The notes below the pieces were generated by a model. That model was given only the letters and a program-made list of their open reading frames with translations. It ran no database searches and was not told the DNA's origin. The position numbers and the translations under genes were made by a program. DNA of 63,715 nucleotides, filler included, from Octopus bimaculoides (taxonomy: Eukaryota): the NCBI RefSeq assembly GCF_001194135.2. It is 8 parts of 8 records of this genome, joined end to end, with 100 filler letters (N's around TTAATTAATTAA, not from the genome) between each part and the next. Parts side by side here need not be neighbours in the genome. Positions count along the whole stretch, not along the records: positions 32,531 to 43,668 come from NC_068989.1; positions 43,769 to 52,041 come from NC_068982.1; 6 more parts are not named here. One strand, written 5' to 3'. Shown here one piece after another: positions 36,063 to 49,285 of this stretch. Position 1 is the stretch's first letter. Each line of letters begins with the position of its first letter.

Positions 36063-39000
36063 ATATTGTCTAAGAATATAGTATGCAAGTAAAATCAGGA
36101 AAATGAGTAAAAATATATATATATATAAGGGTAAATAAGGAGAGAGCAGGACGAGGTAAAGGAAGATAACATAAAAAAAAAAAATAAAATGATAGGTATT
36201 CAAAGAGAATAGTTAGTGCCAGTGATATTCTTCTTGTCTGTAGGAGTTGGAGAAGGAATCTAGTAGTAAGTGCTTGCGTCAGTTTTCTGGCTAAGGTCAG
36301 TGGTTGTAGAAATATTTTTAGCAATGAAGTTATGGATGTCTAGGTAGTCGTGAATGGAGAAACTAACGGGAATAAGAGTTAGAATTGAATATTAGGGGGT
36401 TTATTAGGTTAAGGTTTAAAAATAAATTAAAGAATTGATATTTATCTTATAAAGTGATAGGATGAAGTTGATAGAAGAGATATAGAAGGGTATGTTGAGG
36501 GCTTCTTTTAAGCAAGTCCACAAATGGAGTGATGGTTTTGATATGGGATACCAGAGACCATTGCAGAAGATTCAACGTTGTATACCAATGCACCGTTCAC
36601 AACACAGTAAATAACTCCAAAAGTTACTACATTCGACTTACCATAAATTTTCAGCAAATATATTATGAACATTTAAACTCGTTTACATATAAACCGAATA
36701 GCAATTCCACATCACTAGCCAGCCACGTACGCTATCTAATTTATAGAAAAATACAGTATAGACTCTCCTGGACAATAATAGACTCTGGTATCCTATATCA
36801 GGTCCAGCACTCCACTTGAGGACTCTGCTTAAAAGAAGCCCTGAAACTTTTAACCCATAGTCACCCCAATTGTTTAATGCAATGTTGTGTACCCTGTGTA
36901 TCTTGTATCCTGTTTATAAATTAATAATATCTCTATAGCTATTTTATGCTTGCAAACCAGTTATTATTATTTTTTATCAATAATAATATCGTTATATATA
37001 TATATATATATATATAACATTAATTTGATCACCAGAATTTTATGAATACAAAAAGTCTATTTCAAATTTATGAGACAAAGAAAACAGCAGAAGAACTTTC
37101 GAATACAAAATAAAAATAAATAAACAGTACGATTCCAGCCGGCGTTGAATAATTTAGCGTTCGTGTCGAATAATTTAGCACTTTTATAGAATGACTTAGT
37201 ACGTAAGTTGTATAAAGTGGAAGAAATTCGACATCTTCAGCTGCTTAAGTCTTACAAAAAGTGTATATATATACAAAAACGTGTTCCTAACCATCCCCAA
37301 CCCATACTGCTCGCAATCCATTCCCTGTACACATCTCCTTACACAGTCCCTCTCTCATATATTTGCACACATATTTCCTTCTCTTCTTGACTCCTCCCCA
37401 TTGAACTGTGTTCAAACCTGGCCCCTAAACCTTTTATTGTCTTTCTTATTTGCGTCTTTCCACCACTTCTCTTTGTTTCTTTTCTGTTATGAAGAATTTT
37501 AATGTTCGAAACGTCCAATAATCTTTTTCTTTTGATTTTTAAACCTTACAGGTTTGTGAAATGTTCTTCTCTGCTTTTTTAAAAATTTTATTTTTTATTT
37601 TTGTCCTTTTCCTCGTTCACTGAATACTATTGATCATAGGTGTTGTCATTTTAATTAACTAGGTATAAACAAGAACAATTTTAGATATATGTGCTGAAAA
37701 ATTTTGGTTGTTTTAATTAATGTTATTCATTATCAAAAATTAATTCATTTCCAAATAACCAAAGCAAAAATTTTCCGGAATCCCATTTAATGTCCACTTT
37801 TAAAAGTGACAACCAATGAATGTATAGATTAAGGGAAACTTTACACCTTAACTTCAATAAATTCGCCATTGAGCGATTTACGCAAAATTTTCATTGTACT
37901 AATTCAAATAGTATGTAAACTTAAATCCTAAGATACATTTGTTCGACAAGAAATCAGTTTGGTTATATCATTGCTATTTTAAATATAAGTCTCAGTAAAC
38001 CTAGACGTAATAATCAGTTATGAATAAAGGAATAAGTTTGACAAAAATGAACAGCACATTGGAGAAATAGTACGTTACGCTGTAAGTCCTTGTCTTCTTT
38101 ATGAAGCCATAGGGAGGCCCTCCTGTGACACACGGACTGTATTGGACATTTTGAGCTCAGCAGATCCTGTTTCTTTCCAGGTGTGATCACATTCGATATA
38201 TTTCAGAGAGAAAGAAACATGCAGAAAGAAAGAAATAAAAATGGAGGAGCATTGACTTCAGAATTGAGATAGAACATTATTATCTGAGCGACCTACCCGA
38301 CATTCTAACATCTTTGGATGCTGATCTAACGGACAAACAGTGGTTACAATACTGCTATAATATTTTTATAATACTAAAGTTTCATATGTATTTCGTTCGA
38401 CGTAGAAAGCAACCGCGATTGTAATCCTCTCGAGGTGATATGACAAAAATCGATAGTAAGTACCTCTCCTTAACTAATGTAGAAATTTCTTATTCTTCTC
38501 CAAGGGAAGTAGAATTACTTTCGGAATTTGCACAGTCAAGCTGTAAAGTAAGTCTAATTCCAGTACAAATATAATTTAGCACATTCTTCAAAGCAGAAAC
38601 AGAACAAATGTTTCTTCAGCTATTAACATTATAGTAACAACAATAGCGAAGCAACAATATATCGGATGTACTGAATCAGACATAAACAGCTAAACAGAAC
38701 ATAAGAACAAATATATAAAAAAACATTAAGTACAATTAACGACTTTTACCATGACTGTTGAAACTAGAATCATATTCCAGACACCTATATATGTAGATAC
38801 ATAAATATAACATCCTTTTGCTAAATAATGTTATGAAATTATTTTTCTGTAATCAGTCAATATTTTCAGTCCACTCTAAAGATTCCTTTGCAAAAGTGAA
38901 AACAAATAGGAGACAAAGAATACAACCAAATAATACAATTCAGAAAAATGAAACTATCAAATATAAAAGGGTAGTGACATAAAACGTACATTAATAAGAA

Positions 39001-39490
39001 AGGAGGTAAGGCACCTAAAACGAGAACAATAATCCATTACACAACTAATTTCATTGCAGAAGCATAGATGAAATGATACCCTGCTGAAATCTAAACGACA
39101 TTCTAGAGATACGTGGTAGAAGGCATGGAATATGTCTCAACATCCCAGCATAATAATACTACAGTAGTTTTTAATTCTCACTCAAATCTAAATTCATTTA
39201 TTCAGTGGCTGATGCTCTTAAAATATTTCAATTTATTCAGTTTATGAATCTCAAATGTGCACAATGAGGAATACTGTGTAAAAGACATGCTTAGAAATAG
39301 GTTTGAAAGTAAGTTTGAGTCATTTGTGGATGCGTTTCATAACTATATCGAACCGGTATTTTAATTATTAGGATCGATCAAATGATATTCATAATCCCGA
39401 TTCAAATCCCCGCAAGTTTATTCGTTTTTACCTTTCCTCATTCTGGTATTGTGTTTATGTCAGAAACCATTATACTGATTGTATAAATTG

Positions 39491-39550
<60 letters not shown>

Positions 39551-40948
39551 CATCTACCAAAATGAACTTCCTGTCTAGTGCACTGAGATAGTTTCTCTAT
39601 TAGCCACTTAAAATTTAATTAAACGGATACATTTCCCCCATTTTCTCTGCTTTCGATTGAAAACCGCCACAGGATAACGCAATAATATAAGTGATGAAAT
39701 TTGAATATAATCGGCCGAATTAATTGTTTCTACTTTAGCTACTTGATCTTTTTATATATATAATCTTTCTTCCTGGAGAGAGCAGAATAGAACTGCATGC
39801 AAAACATAAGAGAATTGTACCTTCAATGGTCACGAGAGGCCACTTCAATGACTATCCAAAAAGCTGTTAAGCGTTATTCTTTCTACCTACGGTATATTAG
39901 ATAATCAACACAACATAGTCATATATATTTACAATTATATACATGTGATGAAGGAAAAGGTCTCGTTCATACTGATTATAACATTTATGATTAAGTACGG
40001 TAACTATTAAAAGGCTCAGTGTTCTTTCAGAAAGCAACACGCATCCATGTTAGCACACACACACACTATATAATATATGTACAAGTTCATGTGTCTGTGC
40101 GTGTTGTGGGTATGTGTGTGTGTATGTGTGTGCGCGTGTGTGAATACTAATATGAGTTGTATGCACAGAAAGGCGGTACGTCTCTCAAAGGTTTAAGCAT
40201 ATTTGATCTCTGTTCTTGTAATGTAGCATTCCTTTTATCAATATTTTCCGTCCAACCTTGTGGCATGGCTTTGGAGGAACATTCTAAGTACATAAATTTA
40301 TTTACTCAACTATCCAATGTATCAAATTGTATGCGCCTTCACTTTTCTGTAGCTGGATGACCTCTGCAAGATTTTCTTATTAATTTCAAAAGTTTTGACT
40401 CCATATATATGTATGTATATGTAGGTACGTATGTTTGCATGCATTGGTATGTGTTTTTATATCAGGTAATAATATACATTATCCATTATACTGACGAGTT
40501 ACTCAATACTTTTTGTAGAGTACATATTTATTATTCCTTAACAAGTATGGTATTGGTTACAAATTTTGGCACACGGCCAGCAAGTTCGGGAGAAGGGCTA
40601 AGTCAACCTCAGTGCTCAACTGGTACTTATTTTATCGACCCTAAAAACATGACAGACATAGCCATCCATGGCGGAATTTGAGCGCAAAAATTAACGACGG
40701 ATGAAATGCCGCTAATCAATATTCTCGGCATACTAACGATTGTAGCTTAAACAAGAATAGTATTGACAGTGACTTCGATGTTTTGGCGTGGTAAGCCACC
40801 AATGGCTTAGTATTATATCCTTGAGTCATTATTATAATATCATTTCGCTATGCAAGGATTCTGTCTGTGATGGTATAAAAAGATACACAAGTATGTACTG
40901 TCTTCTTTGCTTTATCAAGTGCAGGAAAACCATAGCCACCACATGAAT

Positions 40949-41022
40949 ACACCTGCACAGACTTTACGATCATCAAATAGTAGGCTACTCTACATTATAT
41001 ATCGTAAAGTCTGCGCAGGTGT
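40949..41022. repeat. 74-nt hairpin with 22-nt arms (1 mismatch) and 30-nt loop
   Basis: ACACCTGCACAGACTTTACGAT ... ATCGTAAAGTCTGCGCAGGTGT. Confidence 0.85.
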
Positions 41023-41595
41023 TTAATTTGTTGTATATATATATATATTGGTGCCAGGTTTATAATATCTATCTTAAGACTGCAAAAAATTAAATTCCTA
41101 GCAATGGCGGTTTGCGAGACAAACGAGGCTATTTAGGAGCATTGGAAGAAGCTGGCTGCAAGTCTAAAAATTGCATAATCAGAATATGAAGTGTTGTACA
41201 CTTACTTTTTTTCAGCAAATAAACAATTGCTGCTGCACTAGGGATAGGACTTAGAAAGTCTTACTATCCACGTTACACTTGAGGTGGAGGTGATTTCCAG
41301 GACCATTAGAGGGTGGAAAAATTTCTAAGAGCTTGATACAGTATACTTTCGGGGCACTGTATATATTGTAGTTTTGTATTAGGGGTATGGTGATAGCTTC
41401 TTGTTTGCATTTGCACTGCTTGTGGAAATGGGACTCTTAAAAATAAAACTTAATAAATTCAGCAGACTCATCCAGAGGAAAAACATGTCAATACAAGGTA
41501 GTGTGATCATTGGCACATATTTAGACAATTCAGCAGAGTCGCTTATATTTTATAGCAAGCCGATAACATGTGATTTTTTCTGTGAATTTCGTGTA

Positions 41596-41632
41596 TCATT
41601 TAGGCCAAATCTTATAGATTATTTTGTGTTTT
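41596..41632 (-). CDS. Unassigned gene, terminal coding exon (QKHKIIYKIWPK*)
   Basis: Acceptor catttaccttttag. Phase 2 matches the exon 6 donor. TGA at 41598-41596. Confidence 0.45.
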
Positions 41633-42014
41633 CTAAAAGGTAAATGTACATAACTTGTTATAACAAGCAAGTAAAGGTAATTGGGATAAAAAATAGGTGC
41701 GCCATTTATCAAAAAATAAATCCCAAGATTTACATTGCATATTGGTTACTTTCCTATACTTCGTGGATCATAGGAATAACCTAAAACAGGCTGGAAGAGT
41801 TGTTAGAAAAACAGACACAAAATCGAAAACTATACTAGCAAACAAACCCATAAAAATTGGTTAAGGACATTTTCCTAACTAAATGTATGTGCAGCGAGAG
41901 AATAGCGTTGACCACGTTATATAGGGGAAGGAAGGAGATACGTTTAAATATAAGTATTTTAATCTGTATCTTATTTTCTATACTGGGGATGGGATGATGG
42001 TCAAATGTTCATAC

Positions 42015-42197
42015 TGTAATGACCGGAAGTACCAAAGCTTTGGTCCCGGAAATACAAATGAAGATAATTCACTTATTCTGGTCAGTGCTGGATGTGATAC
42101 ATCATCGTACCAACACTTATTAATGAATGACTGAAATGCAACATTTTCCAGTTCTAGCATGAAATACGATCTGGTGTTATCATTATGTGTAGAGGTT
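42015..42197 (-). CDS. Unassigned gene, exon 6 (TSTHNDNTRSYFMLELENVAFQSFINKCWYDDVSHPALTRISELSSFVFPGPKLWYFRSL; 183 nt, phase 2-2)
   Basis: Acceptor tttctgttgttatgtttcatag, donor gtatga. Lies inside ORF 41978-42241. Confidence 0.58.
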
Positions 42198-42354
42198 CTA
42201 TGAAACATAACAACAGAAATGAAGGTGGATAAAGACTTCACAAAATATTACTGATTCTTCTTTGAATATGAGGAAAACCGATCATTTTTTTTTATTCTTA
42301 CAATATATAATAGCAAACAAGGGAATGGTTTCGACAATTCATTGAATTACTTAC

Positions 42355-42419
42355 TGCACGGACTGAACTTTTTCAACATTTTTCCCCGAAATGAATATCT
42401 AAGAGCAGTCGATAACTAT
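42355..42419 (-). CDS. Unassigned gene, exon 5 (NSYRLLLDIHFG/KNVEKVQSV; 65 nt, one base too long)
   Basis: Branch-like ctaac plus aaacag acceptor, gtaagt donor. As assembled it reaches TGA at 42375-42373. Deleting one base in GGGGAAAAA restores phase 1-2. Confidence 0.5.
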
Positions 42420-42989
42420 CTGTTTTAGTTAGTATAAGATGGTGCGAGCACCACGTGACTTCAAATAGCTGGTCTCCAATGGCGTATGTTATATTTTTCT
42501 TAACATATCCATATTTCACCACATTTTTTATCCCTACCAAATTGACTAAGAGAATAATATTTTAAGTGGCTAAAACAATATAAAGTAATACTTCCGGTCT
42601 TCAATGAACAATTATACATAGCCTGGTAAAGATCTTCTTTCCATTGTTGATTGTTCCTGTGTATTATGATGATAAAGTAATGGTTAACGTCACTAATGTA
42701 GTCTTGATAAAAGAGCATAGCTATTTCATACTGCTTTGTTTACTTTATTCAACGCTTAAAATGTATATTATTTGAATAACGCTTTTATTGTGCTGTACTC
42801 TATATGTATGTGTGTATCATTGTATATTTATATAAGCATGTATGCATAGTTGAAAGACTAGTATCCGTTTGTGTATTGACCTGCCTGTGTATGTATACCA
42901 AATATGCACAAAGCCCTATAACATTCAATGGCTGCCTCAACATTAAATACGAAATTTTACAAGATGTTCTTGTGAAAACAATTACATAC

Positions 42990-43037
42990 TGGCAGATCGA
43001 AAGATCCAATGTCCGAAGTATACCCTATCTTCGTAAG
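42990..43037 (-). CDS. Unassigned gene, exon 4 (SYEDRVYFGHWIFRSA; 48 nt, phase 1-1)
   Basis: Acceptor tttctctttttgtaaaacag, donor gtatgt, open in the phase required by exon 3. Confidence 0.58.
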
Positions 43038-43302
43038 CTGTTTTACAAAAAGAGAAATTTTTACGTTTCTTCATACGAGTCGCCATTATCTTTCCTACAG
43101 CTTTCCAACACTACACGCTTTGAAAATAATCACATGGATTTTTTTTACAGTTGCGGCTCCTGGTTCATATAATCTGTCGGAGATTTGGCATAATTTGGCA
43201 TATTTATATATACTCTTTTTTTAACGACAATCAGAAGCTATATTTGTTTACTGTCAATGTTTACGGCCAGATCCCTTGAAGGTACAATATCTGCAAACTC
43301 AC

Positions 43303-43351
43303 ACACTAAAACATTGGTTCCCTGAATATCTAGATTTCTGTTGCATTTAGT
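43303..43351 (-). CDS. Unassigned gene, exon 3 (TKCNRNLDIQGTNVLV; 49 nt, phase 0-1)
   Basis: Acceptor atctttgtag, donor gtgagt. Only the phase-0 frame is open. Confidence 0.58.
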
Positions 43352-44069
43352 CTACAAAGATATTTTCATTCTTCCATAGAAATTGAGTTCTCTCCCGCTT
43401 TATTGATTTATACAACGCATGAACGTACACACATATATTCATACATAAGCGCAGATAGAAACAAACATACACATATACTCACATATATATGTATTTGTGT
43501 GTGTGTGTGTGTGTATGTGTGTGTGTAAATACACATGTATATATTCTCTTCACATATATGTGTGCATATGTGTTTATATACGAACAAATATACACATATA
43601 TCTTTGTCAATATTTATCTGTATATCTATATCTATATGTATATATATATACATACATACATACATATANNNNNNNNNNNNNNNNNNNNNNNNNNNNNNNN
43701 NNNNNNNNNNNNTTAATTAATTAANNNNNNNNNNNNNNNNNNNNNNNNNNNNNNNNNNNNNNNNNNNNATCATCGCTTGACAACCGATGTTGGTATGTTG
43801 ACGTCCCCGTAACTTAGCGGTTCAGATAAAGTTACCGATAGAATAAATACTAAACTTACAAAGAATAAGTCCTGGGTCAATTTGTTCGACTAAAGATGTT
43901 TATAATACAGAATGGGACAAGAACGCAAAACATCCAGACAGTTAGGTGATACAAGAAAGGGACAAAACATCTAGATAGACGATGCAAGGAAACAAGGACA
44001 GGTTATTTGGAGTTTTCTCTCTTCAGTCGAGATCCAGATTATCTTTGCAATTTCGGCTGGTTATTCTCG

Positions 44070-44119
<50 letters not shown>

Positions 44120-44471
44120 CATTTCTTTTATTAGCCACACAGGGCTCAACGAAGATGGGACGACGGGCTTCTTTCTGTTTCCGTCTACCAAATCCAGACA
44201 CAGGGCTTTGGTCGGTGCGAGGCTATAGTAAAAGACATTTGCCCAAAGTACCACGTAGTTGGGAAGCGAACTTCTTATCTCACAGCCACGGCTTCACCCC
44301 TGATGAATTATTTAAACTTATTTTAAATGTCATAAGCTAAAGCTTGATACTGGAGTTTCGCAGCAACACTGAAATGGTCGGCAAGCGATGTTTAATCGAT
44401 TTTGACGAAGAATGTCTTAATTTTGTTGACTTTGTATTTTATACAAACAAAACAAACGATATTTAACTTAC

Positions 44472-44522
44472 TGTATTTGATTCTTCTTCTGTAACATCCC
44501 CGCAGGACATGTGTCGTTTGAT
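44472..44522 (-). CDS. Unassigned gene, exon 2 (IKRHMSCGDVTEEESNT; 51 nt, phase 0-0)
   Basis: Acceptor gtttgttttcatttcag, donor gtaagt, open frame, phase-compatible with exon 1. Confidence 0.62.
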
Positions 44523-44707
44523 CTGAAATGAAAACAAACTGGAGATATAAAATATTGTTTTAAAAGATTTGATGTCAAACTTTGACGTCAAAGTTTATGA
44601 AAATAGCACAAAATTTTATGCCGAAGAGACATTCGTTTGAAACTCTAAGATTTTCTCCCTCATGTCAATAATTACCATATTCAATAAACATTTTAGAATT
44701 TAACTTA

Positions 44708-44944
44708 AGTGAAAGCGCGTGGCTTAGTGGTTAGGAGTATTCGGTTCATGATCGTAAGGTCAGGAGTTCGAGTCCACTCAGCTGGCGATAATGTATAGTA
44801 CTTGTAATTCAAAGGGTCAGTCTTGTCACACTGAATCTCCCTATGAATTATATTAAGTGTACACGTATCTATGGGGTATTCAGCCACTTGTACGTCAATG
44901 ATTGGATCAACTGCTACGTGCATCGTCGCAACTGACGAAGTGCC
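44708..44944 (+). mobile_element. Internally deleted copy of the 51040-51360 SINE type
   Basis: Head gtgaaagcgcgtggcttagtggttagg is fused directly to agtccactcagctgg, followed by the shared body. Confidence 0.65.
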
Positions 44945-45786
44945 ATCCCCCCCTTCTTTCTAAGCTTAACTTATCCAGTGAATATAGAATATAAGAAGTA
45001 TTGAGGGATTGAGTGTAATAAAATTCTCAAGCGCTGATTCCAACTGATCGCTGTTTAATGGAACTGGTAAAGCCGACGCTCTTAATCTAATGCGAGGTTC
45101 GAGGATTACTCTGCTCCTGTGGTTCACTTACAAAACAGCAAGTGATCGCATCGTAGTTCGATTCCCAGCTGGAACTATTTTCCTTTGTTTACAGTGGATA
45201 TGCATCGAGAAAAGATCAGAAATAACAGAAATACCCTCCCTCTGAAAATTCAAAGTTTAAAGCCTCCCAAACACACACACACACACACACANNNNNNNNN
45301 NNNNNNNNNNNNNNNNNNNNNNNNNNNNNNNNNNNNNNNNNNNNNNNNNNNNNNNNNNNNNNNNNNNNNNNNNNNNNNNNNNNNNNNNNNNNNNNNNNNN
45401 NNNNNNNNNNNNNNNNNNNNNNNNNNNNNNNNNNNNNNNNNNNNNNNNNNNNNNNNNNNNNNNNNNNNNNNNNNNNNNNNNNNNNNNNNNNNNNNNNNNN
45501 NNNNNNNNNNNNNNNNNNNNNNNNNNNNNNNNNNNNNNNNNNNNNNNNNNNNNNNNNNNNNNNNNNNNNNNNNNNNNNNNNNNNNNNNNNNACAACTCGA
45601 CGAGGCTTTTCTTTCCAACTTCAGCGGTTCCCATTAAAACTCGTTCAAAGACATTCGATGATGAAACTGATATCCTGCTTGATGGAGATTATGGAGTTGT
45701 GTATCTTTTGAACCACGTACTGTTTCCCAATCCTTTTATTTAAAGGAGTTTTCCCACGGACCACTTTTAATGTGCTTATCCTTTTA

Positions 45787-45988
45787 AGGCGGCGAGCTGG
45801 CAGAAACGTTAGCACGCCGAGCGAAATGCTTACGTCTGTCTTTACGTTCCGAGTTCAAATTCCGCCGAGGTCGACTTTGCCTTTCATCCTTTCAGGGTCG
45901 ATAAATAAGCACCAGTTGCGTACTGGGGTCGCTCTAATTGACTGCCCCGCTCCCCCGAAATTTCGGGCCTTGTGGGTAAAGTAGAAAA
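45787..45988 (+). mobile_element. SINE family B (ggcggcgagctggcagaa...gagttcaaattccgccgaggtcgac...)
   Basis: B-box GAGTTCAAATTCC. Related copies at 305-507(-), 6520-6720, 25895-26107(-), 40555-40740(-), 49060-49230, 51397-51595, 55405-55560(-) and 55565-55715. Often has a (TAA)n tail. Confidence 0.78.
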
Positions 45989-46024
45989 GAATATGCATAT
46001 CCTTATATAAATATATATATTCTT

Positions 46025-46405
46025 TTATTTGTTTCAGTCATTTGACTGCAGCCATGCTGGAGCACCGCCTTTAGTCGAACAAATCGACCCCAGGACATTC
46101 TTTGTAAGCCCAGTACTTATTCTATCGGTCTGTTATGCCGAACCGCTAATTTACGGGGACGTAAACACACTAGCATCGGTTGTCAAGCGATGGTGGGGAG
46201 GATTAACACAGACACACAAACACACATATCTATCTATCTATACATGATAAGCTTCTTTCAGTTTCCGTCTACCAAATCCACTCACAAGGCTTTGGTCGGT
46301 TCGAGACTATACTAGAAGACATTTACCGAAAGTGCCACGCAATGGAACTGAACCCGGAACCATGTGGTTGGGCAGCAAGCTTCTTACCACACAACCGCGC
46401 CTGCG
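46025..46405 (-). mobile_element. SINE family A, full length, inverted
   Basis: Reverse complement of the 34417-34826 type. Confidence 0.8.
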
Positions 46406-47345
46406 CCTCGTATTTTTCCGTCTTCGATCGTATTGTTGTTTACATTAAACGTATTTGGGTACAAAACGTCCTAACAAATCTGGTTATAATTTCTATTAAA
46501 AAAGCTATAGAGATGACCTTAATAAGTGATTTAATAACAGTGCTAACACGGCAGGACACACTATTGACTTATAAAGCATTTAATATACTTCGTAGTATGT
46601 TATGGTTGCGTAACGAAGTATTGTGGCCTTACTAGTAATTAATCTTAAAGTTTATGCATAAAATACTAGCTGACTTCAGAAAGCAAGAAAGGAAATTCAA
46701 AAGGTTTTTGTATTCCATTCTTTTTTTTTTTTTTTAATTTGCATCCGATATTCTGTTCTAATCCTTGACATTTAGGAATGAACAGAGCACAAACGTTCTT
46801 CGTGCGTCTCCTGTCAGAAATTTCCTGCAAATTGTGCTAACACTAGTTTTATTCTTACAAAACGTTTCCTTGTATAACAAACAATCCCAAATTCAAAGAC
46901 TCGAAAGTCATTATTTGAGAATTAAAAGTATGNNNNNNNNNNNNNNNNNNNNNNNNNNNNNNNNNNNNNNNNNNNNNNNNNNNNNNNNNNNNNNNNNNNN
47001 NNNNNNNNNNNNNNNNNNNNNNNNNNNNNNNNNNNNNNNNNNNNNNNNNNNNNNNNNNNNNNNNNNNNNNNNNNNNNNNNNNNNNNNNNNNNNNNNNNNN
47101 NNNNNNNNNNNNNNNNNNNNNNNNNNNNNNNNNNNNNNNNNNNNNNNNNNNNNNNNNNNNNNNNNNNNNNNNNNNNNNNNNNNNNNNNNNNNNNNNNNNN
47201 NNNNNNNNNNNNNNNNNNNNNNNNNNNNNNNNNNNNNNNNNNNNNNNNNNNNNNNNNNNNNNNNNNNNNNNNNNNNNNNNNNNNNNNNNNNNNNNNNNNN
47301 NNNNNNNNNNNNNNNNNNNNNNNNNNNNNNNNNNNTATATATATG

Positions 47346-47386
<41 letters not shown>

Positions 47387-48102
47387 ATCCCTCCAGCATC
47401 GCTTGACAACCAATGCTGGTGTGTTTACGTGCCCGTAACTTAGCGGGTCGGCAAAAGAAAACGATAGAATAAGTACTAGGCTTCCAAAGAATAAGTCCTG
47501 GGGTCGATTTGCTCGACTAAAGGCGGTGCTCCAGCATGGCCGCAGTCAAATGACTGAAACAAGTAAAAGAGACACACAATGTTTAAAAATTTTATTTTAC
47601 AGGGATTTTCCCTGTCACTAATTGATATGCTCGTTCCACGACATCGATTATCTATTATGAATATTCATCATTCAGAAAACATCAAACAACTTTATTTTTT
47701 ATCACCATTGAATCTATTTTCCTATCAGTCGCACTTATTTCGAAAGAGGGCGCTCCACTACGCCAGCTCGACTTGGATGAAGAAAATTACTTGGAAAGAA
47801 TTACAAGGAGATAACGATGCGATCAATCGAAACCATAAATACACGAACACGTGAATAAGTTATAGAATATCACTTCCGTGAAAGAGTTCTTCGTCTCGAA
47901 GAACAAGAATTGGTCTCAGTGTGGGATCAAAGAACTGACAGGAAGGACCGATTTAGACGGTGCAACACGATGGCCTATAACTAAGTATCTGTAATAGCTT
48001 TACTTGTTTCAGTTATTGGACTGCGGCCATGCTGGGGCATCGCCTTAAAGAATTTTTAGTCGAATTAACCAACTCCAATACTTTTTTTCTTTTTTTTCGC
48101 TT

Positions 48103-48655
48103 TTGGATCTTTTTTTAAAACGGGGGCCACATTTTTCATTAATGTTTTACGTAGTGCTTTTGGTACCGAAAGACTTTCAAACTTCGTATACTTATCTATT
48201 TTGTGTTATAGAACAGAAAAATATTTTTGTATTCGAATTTATTTCATGTAAAAAATTGTCTTATTTCGATAATTTCAACCAATCACTGACGTCCATTCAG
48301 TCGATATACATTAAGTGCCGACTACATAAACAAACGATTCTTCGTTTTATTTGCTTTTTTCATTTTAAATTTGCTTTAACCCTAACCCTAGGGTTAGAGT
48401 TAGGGTTAGGGTTAATTGTTTCAGAATCGTTTGTTTATGTAGTCGGCACTTAATGTATATCGGCTGAATGGACGTCAGTGATTGGTTGAAATTACAGAAA
48501 TACGACAACTTTAACATGGAATAATTTATGGATTTCTTTTTTTTTAAAGAAGACTAAGAGAAAAAGATGTTTTATATGACACATTCTACCAGTGTTCCAA
48601 GTTTCAAAGTGTTTCGTTAATGAAAAATGTGGCCCCCGTTTTAAAAAAGATCCAA
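48103..48655. mobile_element. Foldback/MITE element with long nested inverted repeats and a telomere-repeat core, inserted in a family-A SINE
   Basis: Outer IR about 40 bp (ttggatctttt...ggccacatttttcattaa), inner IR about 70 bp, centre (CCCTAA)/(TTAGGG), candidate TSD GCTT. Related left half at 63143-63345. Confidence 0.8.
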
Positions 48656-49285
48656 GCTTTTGCTGAACTGTTAAGTTACGACGACGTAAACTCACCAACA
48701 CCGATGGTCAATCGGTGATGGGGACAAACAGACCCAAAGACACACATATGTGCATATTTATATTCGACGGGCTTCTTACAGTTTCCGTCTACCAAATTCA
48801 TTCACAAGGTTTTGATCGGCTCGAAGCTATAGATGATGACACCAGCCCAAAGTGTCACGCAGAGGGATTGAACCCGGAACCATGTGGTTGGGTAGCAAAC
48901 TTCTTGCAGTCACGCCTACATATTCTATTTTTTTTACTTAGTCTTATATTATGGTTATATTATAAAAACAAATATTATCGTCTAAATCTCTCATACAATT
49001 GTTTTATATTTACAATATTTTCCTAATTCTAAGAACAAAAAGTTGTGATATTAGCTAAACGATGGCAGAATCGTTAGCACATTGGACAAAATTCTCGGCG
49101 ACGTCTCATCATTTAGGTTCTTAGTTCAAAATCAGCCGTGGTCGACTTCTTTCTTTCATCCCTTCGGGTCGTTAGAATAAGTACCAGCGGAGTACTGCAG
49201 TCGATGTAATCGACTATCCCTCTGCCCCGCATCTCTCTCTTTATTAGGAATCTTAAATTTACGAGTCAGCGACGTACCTCTAAAC

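Noticed and set aside
36070-36900. Possible degenerate retroelement coding sequence
   Set aside because: No RT or endonuclease motif recognisable by eye; needs a profile search.
37930-38000. LRR-like fragment NSNDITKL on the minus strand
   Set aside because: In-frame TAA immediately upstream and no 72-nt GT-AG frame; likely chance.
42538-42656. Extra candidate exons (42618-42656, 42538-42569) in the unassigned gene
   Set aside because: Weak sites or stops in the required phase; they do not repair the frameshift.
45132-45241. 110-nt minus-strand segment with good splice sites inside intron 1 of the unassigned gene
   Set aside because: Including it shifts the frame to a stop in exon 3, and it contains SINE-like sequence. 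At most a poison or cryptic exon.
45625-45716. Plus-strand exon-like segment (VPIKTRSKTFDDETDILLDGDYGVVYLLNH)
   Set aside because: Weak donor, no partner exons found, and antisense to a better-supported gene.
48376-48415. True telomere or chromosome-fusion scar
   Set aside because: Only about 6 units, wrong orientation for a fusion, and embedded in a TIR element.
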